DNA of 64,000 nucleotides from Eledone cirrhosa (Eukaryota): NCBI GenBank assembly GCA_964016885.1, contig OZ024749.1, positions 30,628,001 to 30,692,000 of the forward strand, read 5' to 3'. Shown piece by piece: positions 24,186 to 36,754 of this stretch (position 1 is its first letter; each line of letters starts with the position of its first letter). The notes under the pieces were generated by a model. It saw only the letters and a program-made list of their open reading frames with translations, ran no database searches and was not told where the DNA came from. The position numbers and the translations under genes were made by a program.

Positions 24186-25879
24186 CAAAATAAGATGCTG
24201 AGGTTACATATATCGTGTAATCATAACAATTATTTCCATGGTTCTCCATGCAATCGAGATGTCCTTCATGCATTTGCTGTTGATTATGAGAACGGTATCC
24301 TCAGATGAAAATCGATATGTTTGATATGTCGCTGGCAGGAAAACACACGTCCTAATGCCTGTGTACCCAGCATGTATATAGGAGATGAATAAATTGGGTA
24401 TAATACCAGTTTCTTACTAAATGCGAAGAATGTCGATATATTAACCCCTTAAGAAAGGTCACAGAGCATACTTTTTTTCAAATTATATTTACACAGGTGG
24501 CCGTGGGATTAGGTGGGGGGGGCATACCCCCTCAAATAATTATATTTTCTCCTCAAACTACCTAAACACACATATATTAGGATATGCACTACAGTTTATG
24601 TATATGTTATTTTTATCGAATATCGAAGTTTTCAGACCATTTCATAGTGCAAAACGCTAATCTAATTACTATAACAATATTGATCAAATTAATCCCCCCC
24701 CTCCCCACCATTGGAAAATGCTCCCACCATTCCTGACATTCAGGTTTCAATATAATCATTTGCTTTTCTGATGAAGCAACGCACAGACTAAAGGTAATTT
24801 ACTAATGTCTATTTAGTGTTGTAGGTTAGGATGTCGACTATTGTCAGGTTACTGGTGTATGAATTTTAGAATAGTCAGATGAATGTAATATTTTTCAGGC
24901 GATTAAAAAAACGTTTATTTATTCAATTAAAATTTTTAAAATTCTTCAAAATATTTACGTAGGAGACGCTACATTGTCCCGCTTCCAGTTAGAAATAGTA
25001 GAGATAACCTCCCGAAATCTTCGTGTCATCTTAAAGAAAAATATACCATATACAACTACAATATCAATATGGATTTTCTTTTTTATATCACTCTCCACTT
25101 TCAATTTCTTCATATTAGGTGCGGTTTAGTTTTACTGAACTGTGGGGAAACGGAACAATTATACCCCAAAGAAGATTATCCCGTATGCTGTCAAAGAAGG
25201 TGTAAAGAATAAAAATAAATAAAAAGAGACTTCTTTTTTTTCAAGAAAAGAATTATCTCAAGACATTTTAAAATACTTGTATTTAAATATAAGAATGAAT
25301 AAATAAAATCGAATATAAAAAATAAGGAAAAGATTTGTTTTTTCGAAGGTTTGAAATTTACAGACATATTTTGAATGAGGTCACTCTTGAATGCTACTTG
25401 TAGCATGTAACCCAGTACACCCTGTCGCATGGTCGGGTCGTCGGCAACTAAACAGGCAACGCCACCAAGTTTACTTGGTGAGTAGGGTGATTTTAGACAC
25501 CCTGTAGGAAGAAAAGAAAACCTGACAAAGGGTGGAAGAATAAACAGAATAGATCCTGACAAATCAATGGATGGCAGTAATTCCAGCTGCACATATCGAA
25601 AGACTGATGTAGTGGTTCTGAGAACAATGCAGCTTTGCAGATGATCAATGAAAGTTGACAATGGAAAGGAGCTCCCACTCGAGTTAGAAGAGAACTATTG
25701 ACCTTCAGGAGAAGCAGCGACCTCTGATTGTATTCAGCAACCGAAACAAATATGTAGTACGCCAAACCCAATGCCTCTAGGGGCGGCCCTGGGTCTTCTT
25801 ATTTGTGAGTGTAAACTCGGCCAGATAAGATTAGATTAGACATATTAATTCCATTTTTAATATTTAGATTGAGAAGTAT

Positions 25880-26165
25880 GGGATGTAAAATAGGAAATTA
25901 TAGAGAAAAAATAAAAATGGAAACCAGAGAAAACGGGTTGGGAAGGGAATGGCAAGAACTCTAGTGTCACAGACTCATGGGAAGGATGGATAGGCTCGGG
26001 CCTAGGGTGCGGTGGTAGAGGGACTGCGTTCTGCGAACAAGTCCACAGAGGCATTACCGCAGGCAACAGCCAGCAACACCCACTGCAACAGCCACCCACC
26101 TCGTGGGGCTCCTTCCTCAGACGGGCTGCCGAAATTCCGATCTTGCGGGGGAGCTCAACTGTACT
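25880..26165 (+). repeat. Paralog of the GC-richer segment 20150-20475 upstream of the vWC gene ATG
   Basis: Shared CTCGTGGGGCTCC(C/T)TCCTCAGAC(T/G)GGCTGCCGA...GAGCTCA. Confidence 0.75.
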
Positions 26166-26526
26166 GTCACCAATAACACCTGATTTCTCGATGGCGACCT
26201 GTGCGAGGAGGAAGCTGCCAGACGTTCCCCGGTATATCTCATATTTACTATATTTATATCTACACTGTGTGGCCGTAGAATGAGGGAATGATTAAGAAGT
26301 TTTCTTTCTAATTGCAAGTTTCCAGATTTCGACAAACTTTGTTGCGTCGTGAATAATGTAGCATCTACCATTGGTGGACAAGGTTTGAAATCCCGTCCGA
26401 TCGTTTGTAACCGTAATTAATTCTGAGCATCAGCTTTCACATACAGCTTTTTTGCGCTTAATCTCTATAAGAAACTTTATGTTACACATATCTCTCTCTC
26501 GTATCCTTTCTTTCACTTTACAATCG

Positions 26527-26625
<99 letters not shown>

Positions 26626-27193
26626 TAGCCTGCTACTATAACTATCTCTTTCTCGCTTTTTATTACTTTCACTCACTCCGTCTCTGCTAGTCACACTCTC
26701 TCCCCTAGCTCACCTCATCGCTCGCCCGCCACTGTAAGCAGCCTCTTTTCTCGCTCACACTGCTACAGTCAAGACGGGTCTGCTCTCTCTCGTCACACAT
26801 GCCAGGACCTGTGTCCGAAAAAGGTTTGTCTCTTCACGTGGCTTTACTTTTCGTGTCTGTTGACGTATTTTTTTCTAAACACACTTTTTTATCCCAATTA
26901 CTTATATTAGTTATTGATCGCCCTAGCTTGAGATATCTTGTCTCCAACGCGAAGAAATATCGAAGATTCCTAGCAGACAACTGATGATGGATATTACCCT
27001 CTTTCGCCCGTAACTTTTATATTCATTTTATATATATATAAAGGCAGTGGAGTGTGCCGAAAATAAATAAGTGACATAGTGACTAATTTAAAGCTCATAG
27101 CGAATGATCTTCGAAATGTTTTAAATTAAACATACAGTATATTGCCAAATATATTATACATACAATCATGTATACATCGGTATTTCAGAGCAC

Positions 27194-27288
<95 letters not shown>

Positions 27289-27801
27289 TTAGTAATAATA
27301 ATAAATTTGAAGACTAAAATCCAAAGAGGGCTCGATAAGGATAAATATATATCAAATATATAAGAACCTTAGAGCAAATATTTATTAAAATAACAGATGA
27401 AAGTTTAAGCAAAGAATCGCTGCTTTCAACCTTAACAGGATCTTTTTTATTCACTTGTTTCTCTGAACTGGTAGGTCTAGAGATCTCCACCCGCCTGATT
27501 CTGCGTCAATCGATCACCAATACATTGTTATAACCAGTCTATTCATCTGAGCATGTGAGAATGAAGGATATACACAGGCATGGCTACTATATATAGTAGT
27601 GGCATTAAATCAGAACAATAATAACACTACTCAAATAAATTAGCTAGATAGTAAGTAGTTAAAACAATGACAAAATCAATCTAAGTTAGAAATAGAGTAT
27701 ACTGATGACTTTAGCATGTAAAACTACCAGTTCAGAGAAACAGTTTTCAGCAATGTGAATAAAGCCCTTATTGTATAGCAAACCATGTCACTCTTCTTTC
27801 T

Positions 27802-27842
<41 letters not shown>

Positions 27843-28028
27843 TAATTTAATATATCAACTAACATAAGCGCACAGATGCACGCCCATGCCAGCAAATACA
27901 CAGGTTATGTCATAGTACCTAGGTGGTTCAATGCAGGAGAATGCAGAACAATAATATAAAGGACGTAAAATAAGAAAATATTTTTTTAAAAAAATTAAAA
28001 AAAAATTTTTTTTCTTACTTAAATTTTC

Positions 28029-28110
28029 ACTCCAACTAATTAGTTTCTGCAATGGGATAAAGACAGTTACGTAATCCAACTGTCGAGAATTCATTGCGTC
28101 ATCAGGGAGT
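28029..28110 (-). ncRNA. Hammerhead ribozyme (inverted copy)
   Basis: Reverse complement of 28314-28395. Confidence 0.85.
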
Positions 28111-28313
28111 CTATTCTCAGTTAAGTCTCCAGGCAATGCGCGGACACTGGCGGCTCATATAAAAATAATAAGAATCGGCCATTTGACTTGAAGCAGTGAG
28201 AATTTCGGTACATAGAATCCAGTCCTCGCAAGCTGTTCGATCTACCGAATTATTATTATTTTTATATGAGCCGCCAGTGTCCGCGCATTGCCTGGAGACT
28301 TAACTGAGAATAG

Positions 28314-28395
28314 ACTCCCTGATGACGCAATGAATTCTCGACAGTTGGATTACGTAACTGTCTTTATCCCATTGCAGAAACTAATTAGTTGGAGT
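28314..28395 (+). ncRNA. Type I hammerhead ribozyme
   Basis: ACTCC-CTGATGA-c-GCAATG...CATTGC-a-GAAA-CTAATTAG-TT-GGAGT; predicted cleavage after GUU at 28390. Confidence 0.88.
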
Positions 28396-28871
28396 GAAAA
28401 TTTAAGTAAGAAAAAAATTTTTTTTTAAATTTTTTTAAAAAAATATTTTCTTATTTTACGTCCTTTATATTATTGTTCTGCATTCTCCTGCATTGAACCA
28501 CCTAGGTACTATGACATAACCTGTGTATTTGCTGGCATGGGCGTGCATCTGTGCGCTTATGTTAGTTGATATATTAAATTATCTATATTTATCTCCAAAT
28601 CACTGATTTGTCGAGCAAACTTGTCAAAACCACTTCTAAAAAAATTTTTTTTGGGGTGTTAGTAGGCGTCAGTCATCTTACCATCCCATTCCTTCTAACT
28701 AGCCTCTGTGTCACGTGATTGATTCTTTAGAATCGGCCATTTGACTTGAAGCAGTGAGAATTTCGGTACATAGAATCCAGTCCTCGCAAGCTGTTCGATC
28801 TACCGAATTATTATTATTTTTATATGAGCCGCCAGTGTCCGCGCATTGCCTGGAGACTTAACTGAGAATAG

Positions 28872-28953
28872 ACTCCCTGATGACGCAATGAATTCTCGAC
28901 AGTTGGATTACGTAACTGTCTTTATCCCATTGCAGAAACTAATTAGTTGGAGT
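28872..28953 (+). ncRNA. Type I hammerhead ribozyme (unit 2)
   Basis: Identical to 28314-28395. Confidence 0.88.
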
Positions 28954-29430
28954 GAAAATTTAAGTAAGAAAAAAATTTTTTTTTTAAATTTTTTTAAAAA
29001 AATATTTTCTTATTTTACGTCCTTTATATTATTGTTCTGCATTCTCCTGCATTGAACCACCTAGGTACTATGACATAACCTGTGTATTTGCTGGCATGGG
29101 CGTGCATCTGTGCGCTTATGTTAGTTGATATATTAAATTATCTATATTTATCTCCAAATCACTGATTTGTCGAGCAAACTTGTCAAAACCACTTCTAAAA
29201 AAATTTTTTTTGGGGTGTTAGTAGGCGTCAGTCATCTTACCATCCCATTCCTTCTAACTAGCCTCTGTGTCACGTGATTGATTCTTTAGAATCGGCCATT
29301 TGACTTGAAGCAGTGAGAATTTCGGTACATAGAATCCAGTCCTCGCAAGCTGTTCGATCTACCGAATTATTATTATTTTTATATGAGCCGCCAGTGTCCG
29401 CGCATTGCCTGGAGACTTAACTGAGAATAG

Positions 29431-29512
29431 ACTCCCTGATGACGCAATGAATTCTCGACAGTTGGATTACGTAACTGTCTTTATCCCATTGCAGAAACTA
29501 ATTAGTTGGAGT
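29431..29512 (+). ncRNA. Type I hammerhead ribozyme (unit 3)
   Basis: Identical to 28314-28395. Confidence 0.88.
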
Positions 29513-29579
29513 GAAAATTTAAGTAAGAAAAAAATTTTTTTTAAAATTTTTTTAAAAAAATATTTTCTTATTTTACGTC

Positions 29580-29648
<69 letters not shown>

Positions 29649-29747
29649 AGCTTATCCTCGGTTCAATCGGGGGTAACAGCAGTAAGTAAGTAAGGTACTC
29701 AATACAAAGCAGAGTATAAATGTATATATATATATATATGTATATAC

Positions 29748-29842
<95 letters not shown>

Positions 29843-30574
29843 TCTACACACATAAGGAAGCTTTTGACTGTGTGTGTATATATGTATATATGTATGCATG
29901 TATATTTGAATGTATATATGTTAGACTGTCTGTCGATGTGTATATCTGTATGTATGTAAGTATGTATGTATATATGTATGTATGAAGGGGCTGCATTTGC
30001 CTTTCAAGATACTTGATACACACCAGTGCTTTGAAATAGGTAAACATCTGTTATTCTTTTGGATTCTACCCCTCCCTTCAACATTTGTTTACTTTCATCA
30101 AACGTGAAGATAATTTCGATCTAACCGATTAAATCCTATAATCAAATTATTTGACAACACGAGTGACATATGTTTCGTCTTATTCACTCAGACAATATTA
30201 AGAAACGGATTATCGAGCTAAATTTCCAATCTATAAATTAAACATATTAACCTGAGTCTATATTTGTTGACGACTAATCCGGGATTGAACCGAAACCACA
30301 TCTTTAGAATTCTAAAGGAAGTTTTGTAAAGTGGAATCTGAATTGACTCAGTCCAACAGAGATTGCAGTGTTTATTATCTCCAGCTTCAGCAACTATAAC
30401 ACCAAGTATAGCAGCAACAGCAACATCAACATCCTGCAACAGCAATAACAACAACAAAAACAACACCAACAACACACTGCAATAAATGTTTCCTGTCGTT
30501 GACATTGCTTTATTTGATCCGGAACATAAATATATTGATAACGAAATTAAAACAAACGTTCAAACAGGAAACTG

Positions 30575-30624
<50 letters not shown>

Positions 30625-30773
30625 CGAAGGAAGTTCGGTAAGGAACCAGATGGACCATAACGCACCAGACTACTCAATGCTTAGGGTAGTAGAGTGGGTA
30701 ATAGGAAAATGTGGGTTAATCATTTTCCCATATATGAATTCATATTTAATAATAAAAAACACCATGTTATTTA

Positions 30774-30835
30774 TTCATGCTGACGACTGAAGACAGATAT
30801 AAATATCTGCCTTCAAGAAACCACTGGTAAATGAA
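30774..30835 (+). ncRNA. Type I hammerhead ribozyme
   Basis: ttcatg-CTGACGA-c-tgaagacagatat-aa-atatctgccttca-a-GAAA-ccactgg-TA-aatgaa. Confidence 0.75.
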
Positions 30836-31146
30836 ATAATTATCTTATGTTGTTTATTACATAACCAATAAGCTATGTAGCCTACATAGAGCACTCTTTT
30901 TTCCTGTACCTTTCCGACTGAAATACTCCATATATATATAGATATATATGGGAAAATAGTCAAGACTCCGACGGCTGAGCTCCGGCCGTTTCGACAGCTA
31001 GATCCGAACTCCTGATCTAGCCATGGAAACGACCGGATCTCAGCCATCGGGGTCCTGACTCTTTTCCTATTACCCACTCTACTAACCTAAGTATCGTGTA
31101 CTCTGGTGTGTTATGGTCTACCTGGTTCCTTACCACACTTTCTTTG

Positions 31147-31209
<63 letters not shown>

Positions 31210-31267
31210 AATATATTTATATGCAAGTATACATATATGTATATATATGCATATGTGTATATGTGTA

Positions 31268-31302
<35 letters not shown>

Positions 31303-31313
31303 TTAATATAGAT

Positions 31314-31366
31314 GAGATTCTACAGGACTAGAACTGTTTCATTCTTTAGAAATCATCAGGAATCTC
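31314..31366 (-). ncRNA. Hammerhead ribozyme, left arm of a perfect palindrome (family D)
   Basis: Exact reverse complement of 31368-31420. Confidence 0.88.
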
Positions 31367-31367
31367 A

Positions 31368-31420
31368 GAGATTCCTGATGATTTCTAAAGAATGAAACAG
31401 TTCTAGTCCTGTAGAATCTC
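31368..31420 (+). ncRNA. Type I hammerhead ribozyme (family D; element 31299-31503)
   Basis: GAGATTC-CTGATGA-tTTC-taaa-GAAt-GAAA-CAG-ttctagtc-CTG-TA-GAATCTC. Relatives at ~21110-21220, 29650-29720, 59768-59970. Confidence 0.9.
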
Positions 31421-31501
31421 ATCTATATTAAAACTTTTATACTCTGCAATGTATTGAGTAACTTACTTACTGTGGTTACCTCCGATTCAACCCGGAATAA
31501 C

Positions 31502-31607
<106 letters not shown>

Positions 31608-31697
31608 GTGTGTGTGTGTGAGTGTGTGTGTGGGCCGTGTATGTGTGTGCACTTGTTGGACCATATCTTAGTGCCGGATGATGAGAACGCATGAAGA

Positions 31698-32672
31698 TCA
31701 TGTGATATGTTCAACAGACTGTATATGTGGCATTCGAAGTATGCGACTAGACAACATACTTCTCTGAGACTCTCTGAAATTTTCACCCAGCATCATCAAG
31801 ATTTTATTTCTTTCTGTCATAAATTGGTCCATTGTGATTTTTTCCATCCATTCGTACACTTTATATATACGTCTGGTCAATTCATATTGACTTTGAAGTT
31901 CACTAGCGTCTGTACAATGCAGAAGGACTCTCTGACACACCGGCTTCCATTTTATATTTAGTTGAAGAGCTGCTCTGAGTAGCTTGCTTCGTCTTTGATC
32001 GCTGTATTCCTGTACATGCTGCTTTTGAAAACATCTTCCAAGCTTCATGCGAATATCATCACCGCAAATATTCTCTGTACTATGTCCAACTGTAAACGGA
32101 TCCAGATGATCATTTTCACGAATATATTGCAAATACTCAAACAAACAGTGAGAATTAAGATTCTCGTCCTCTTTTTGTTGTTTCTTTTTAGCATTATTTT
32201 TCATCGTGTCTTTGTTTTTCTCTTTTAGATCAATATTCCCAGTCGCTTGATTTACATCTGCGTTTGTGTTTTCTACATTTCCCATTTCTTTATTCCCTTC
32301 TCTATTTGTAAGGACATTATTGGTATCTGTATTCTCTCCTGAGGGCAAATCTTCGGCGTAACTTTTATCATTTAAATCTACGTCTTGTAAAATATTCAAC
32401 TGTTTTCCTCCTGCTTTCGATAAAGTACATGCTTGGTTGTCTAGCTGCCCTTCAGAAAGTAGGCTTTCACGCAAAGCATTTGCATGACAATCAAAGTAAC
32501 TTCGTTTAGGCAGACATGTTAATAATTCTTTGGTAGAGAATTTAGATTTTTTTAATTTGTCTCTTTTTTCCCGATTATCTCTAGTGTTCGATATATCAAG
32601 ACGGCGGTGGTCTCCTGATGTTGTGGAACACTCGAGTTGGGAAATGTAACCAACTTTCTTGCTTCTTGACAT
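31698..32672 (-). CDS. 324-aa ORF of unknown function (possibly one large exon)
   Basis: Non-repetitive open frame; AG acceptor ~20 nt upstream of the ATG in both paralogs; disrupted paralog at 4295-5280. Confidence 0.6.
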   Translation of the reverse strand: MSRSKKVGYISQLECSTTSGDHRRLDISNTRDNREKRDKLKKSKFSTKELLTCLPKRSYFDCHANALRESLLSEGQLDNQACTLSKAGGKQLNILQDVDLNDKSYAEDLPSGENTDTNNVLTNREGNKEMGNVENTNADVNQATGNIDLKEKNKDTMKNNAKKKQQKEDENLNSHCLFEYLQYIRENDHLDPFTVGHSTENICGDDIRMKLGRCFQKQHVQEYSDQRRSKLLRAALQLNIKWKPVCQRVLLHCTDASELQSQYELTRRIYKVYEWMEKITMDQFMTERNKILMMLGENFRESQRSMLSSRILRMPHIQSVEHIT

Positions 32673-33295
32673 CGTGTCACTATTCTTTCTCTATATTATA
32701 ATAGTCTTCCCTGTTACTATATATATATTTGTGCATACATAAGCGAGTAAATAATAATCGTTATAATGATCAAATAATTAAAAAATATTCGATGAACAAT
32801 ATATATTCAGTAAACATTAACACATCTGTTTGAGGCGACAGATAAAAAGGCAATATTTACAGTGAAAACTTTTTACGACACTCGACTCCTTCAGAAGTTG
32901 TTGTTTTGCGGTTGTGTTTCGTGTGTTTTGCATGGACGTTTTAGAATGTTGTTTGATCAAAAGTAATGTTAGATGGACAGAATGAATAAAAATCTATACA
33001 GTAAGCATAATATAGGTTTATATTGTTACGTTTTTTTTTTCTTCTGGGCGCCAAGATTTATCCCAACCTTTTATTCAAGTTGGTTTAATAAATCTTAAAA
33101 TGTAGCAGGTTTTCTTTTAAGAAAGTCTGTTTTATCGTCAGAACAATATCAAGTAATATTCGTTTTCAAACGTTCTCTTTTTTACAATTTCAAATCTCCA
33201 TATTGAAACAAAAGCTGTGGAATATCCTCACTGAAAAAGAAGAAATATTATACACATCAGCACATATGCACAAACACGCATACGCACAACCACAG

Positions 33296-33369
<74 letters not shown>

Positions 33370-33375
<6 letters not shown>

Positions 33376-35075
33376 TAACAGATTAAAGTTTAAGCAAATA
33401 ATCGCTGCTTTCACCCTTAACGGGATCTTCTGAAATTAACAAAGTCAAACAGTAAACGCAGAAGTGGATATTTCAAAAAATGTTGCAACCGGAGGAAGAC
33501 AGGAAGACGATACTTTGGTTCGTGGAAACATTCCCTGGCAGAGAACGGGAAAAAACGAATATAATACGTCATTGATAGGAACGGTGAAAAACAAATACAC
33601 GCAAAGACAGGACCACGTTTATGGTATAAAAGAAGTCGTAGACTAATGTTCTCTTAGGTGGTTCATAGAGACGTTCTCTAGCAATGAACGGAAAAAACGA
33701 AGATAATACGTCATATGTGGACGTGGAGAACAATTGCACGCAAAGACAAAACCACGTAAATGGTATAGCTGAAGTCGTAGACTAAAATACTAACTAGGAG
33801 ACCGAATGAATCTCCGCTTCAGAGTTAAGAATAAAGTAAATCAAATACAATACAGAGGTAATTGAAACGAAATAAATACATACACGCGCCCAAATACGTA
33901 CATACACAAGCATACGCGAAAACACTCGCCATAGGTATACAAAACCACGCACATATAAATATGTGTGTGTGTGCGTGTATACAAATAAATAATTAAATAA
34001 ACGTATATAAATAAATAAATACGTATATAGCAAGCGCGCACACACACACCTACATGTAAATACACAAATGTTCGGAGACTACGTCAACCAAAATATGAAG
34101 TACACATATACACACACCCAACATACGTACGAACCCGCATACTCACAAAGACGCAAAACTCCCGTATACACATAACAAAAAATATAAACATATACGCCAT
34201 AACATATACAATCAAATATACGTACGAGAAAGTATACGTACCTTCACAAAACATACAGGTAATATATACTTACCTATGCAAATAAGTAATGGTATAAACA
34301 TAACATATACTTAGCTACCACAAGACGTAAAATATCCACGTATAGATCGTACTATCCGTTAGGGTATAATGTGGGGCTGTAATACAGGAAAGTTTTGTGC
34401 AATTTATGTTTACAAGCCGAAATTGCCTCAGATTTTTTGTTTAAGATGTGGTCTGTGGCGTAGAGTATTTCCAGGGCCTCAGTGGCGCAGAGGTCACAGG
34501 TCTTTTATTTCCGTTATACGATCTAGCCCAAGCTAGGATCTCCCAGTGTAACTTATATTGGGTGTGGTTGTTTTTTAGACTCCATATATAAGCTGAAAGT
34601 GACGTCATATTCCTTCTTAGAGGGTAACGAAAAGAATGAGTATGCATGTAAAGACGCTGCTTGGATCTATTGGCGGTTAACCCTATGTAGGCCCTACGGA
34701 ACGTGGGTGTTTCAACCTTACATTTGTAGACAATGTTACTAGAGAGGCATTTCCCGGATAGGGGGCAATCAACCCGATTCCTACAATTACAGTTAGTACT
34801 AACTACAGGGTTGCACGTGTTCCTACGGCTAGGTAGTTTAGCTAAATTTGAAGCTGTGATGTTAGGTGCAAGGTTAGAAGTCGTGTCGTAGAGTAAGAAA
34901 TTTTAATAGTATTTCTATAAAAAAATGTTACTATATTTATGTGTAGGGGGAAAATGCTTCGTAATAAGGGATAGAAAGATCTTAGATAATAGTGTGGCCA
35001 CCTCCATATTATATGGTGGGTTATACCATATAATGCGACGGGATCTATTTCTTCTAGGTCTATTCTCGTATATTA
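33370..35075 (-). mobile_element. 5'-truncated, frameshifted PLE (linker + GIY-YIG + 3' UTR + family B pseudo-LTR)
   Basis: Minus-strand peptides RRIIWYNPPY, NCNCRNRVDCPLSGKCL, NIVYKCKV..AYIGLT and TSLSAYIWSLK; HHR-like motif at 33387-33437. Confidence 0.9.
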
Positions 35076-35139
35076 GTAAAAGGAAAAGAAAATGCTGACA
35101 AATTTTTCCCAGTGAAAAATACATATACATATATATATA

Positions 35140-35525
35140 TTATTGATTAAAATGACAGGACGCTGGACTAATTAGATTACCTAAAGATTTATTATAAACA
35201 CTATGCACATTTCAATGCCCGGTGACATCACCAGCTGTTACGAAATGTATCCATTAAAGGCATATAATAATAGTAGACACATTCCAAAGGGCTGAAAATT
35301 AGAATGATGCCACGGGTTTCCTGCAAAACCCGGGCATTGAAAGGTGCATCTTTAGGGAATTTCACCAGTCCAGCCTCCTGTCATTTTACTCAATAATAAT
35401 TAACTCCACCATCAATACTCAACACAGATAGTTGAGTTGCATTACGTCGAGTGCTTTTCATAACATTACATCACGGAATGAACAGTTCTATCCAGGGGTG
35501 AACGTAAAATCCTAAATATTTCTAA
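35140..35525 (+). mobile_element. Degenerate inverted PLE-type terminal fragment
   Basis: Imperfect inverted repeat 35141-35225 / 35328-35396; TCGAGTGCT motif in the tail. Confidence 0.45.
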
Positions 35526-35546
35526 TATATATATATATATATATAT

Positions 35547-35875
35547 AGTTATAATAATAATTGTGAAGACTAAAATCCAAAGTGGGCTCGATAAGGATAA
35601 ATATATATCAAATATATAATAACCCTAGAGCAGATATTTATTAAAATAACAGATTAAAATTTAAGCAAAGAATCGCTTCTTTCAACCTTAACGGGATCTT
35701 CTGAAACTACAAAAAAATCAATCTGTGAACGCAGAAGTAAATATTTCGAAAAACGTTGGAACCGAAGGAAAATAGGAAGACAATACTTTGGTTTGTGAAG
35801 ACGTTCCCTGGCAATGAACGGAAAAAAGCGAAGTTAAAACGTCGTTATGTGTAGCGCTGAGAACAAATACACTCA
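35547..35875 (-). mobile_element. Family B pseudo-LTR fragment (HHR-like motif 35658-35708)
   Basis: Homologous to 33370-33600. Other copies at ~21280, 27290-27445, 37927-37990, 41975-42140, 61115-61160, 62519-62678. Confidence 0.85.
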
Positions 35876-36637
35876 AAGTTTTCACTTCGATTTATTATAA
35901 ATTTCCTGTTGGTTAGTTGGTTCAATAACCGGATGATTGTTTATATATTGTCAAAGCTCTATCGTCACACATTCTGTGACCTCTACAGTGGCTAGGATTT
36001 TATTTGGGTCTCTTTCTTTTGTTCTGATGGTGTAGGACAGAACAACAGAGAAACACAAAATAAAACCCCAATCATTGTAGAGGTCAAAGAGTGTGTGACG
36101 AAAGAGCTTTCACAATATACACACAACCATCAAGTTATCGAACCAACCAACTAGAAATTTATAATAAATTGAAGTGAAAACCAACAGATGCGTGTGTTTT
36201 TTATTAGAAGCATGGCCCTCCCAAAGTATAACCATATATATAGATAGTATATATAAGACAGTATATAGAGAAAAGCACACAAAGAAATGTGTGTACAATT
36301 ATAGGGGAAATAAGACCACCAGAGTGAAAATCATATAATCTACGAACAGAATGGAAAATAAACAAGAATTAAAGCATGTTTCACCACACATTAAGTGTAG
36401 AATCATATCTTTGGTGGCTTATCAACAGGGGGAACAAATGATATGAACTACACTTCTCAACATATATTAGACGACTGGCAATACCGCATGGTGTAGACAG
36501 AAAAACAGAAAAACCGAAAAACCGAAAAACAGAAAAACAGAAAAAAAGCTATACCACCCATGGTGGTGTGAATGGACAAAAAGACCATTTATAATATATA
36601 AATATATATATATGTTTATATATATAGATATACATCT

Positions 36638-36752
<115 letters not shown>

Positions 36753-36754
36753 AA

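Larger units (their letters stand above)
20492..25212 (+). pseudogene. Four-exon secreted single-vWC-domain peptide gene, probably pseudogenised (exons 20492-20639, 21590-21716, 22342-22468, 25119-25212)
   Basis: Phases 1/1/2 join to give a hydrophobic leader (IILINLFLHILSL), a propeptide ending IYKR, and DCPPNLAKYSKCYHLDGWRRCECQRGFTSKRSLKIPDREHCQSCGLVLLNCGETEQLYPKEDYPVCCQRRCKE* (10 Cys). Lesions: TGA-TAA in exon 1, donor CTGAGT, acceptor CGG, 19-bp duplication in exon 2. Exons 3-4 are intact with canonical splice sites. Confidence 0.7.
27835..29586 (+). mobile_element. Non-coding retrozyme-like array: inverted partial copy plus ~2.5 tandem 558-559-bp units
   Basis: Units start at 28171, 28729 and 29288; inverted copy 27835-28170; near-identical; one HHR per unit; both ends in (TA)n. 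Confidence 0.88.

Noticed and set aside
27700-27765. CTGATGA...GAAA hammerhead candidates here and at ~24768, ~26981 and ~40902
   Set aside because: No convincing stems or no valid NUH cleavage site
27855-29689. Repeated MPGDLTENRLPDD ORFs
   Set aside because: Non-ATG starts, copy-specific frameshifts in homopolymers, and overlap with the ribozyme
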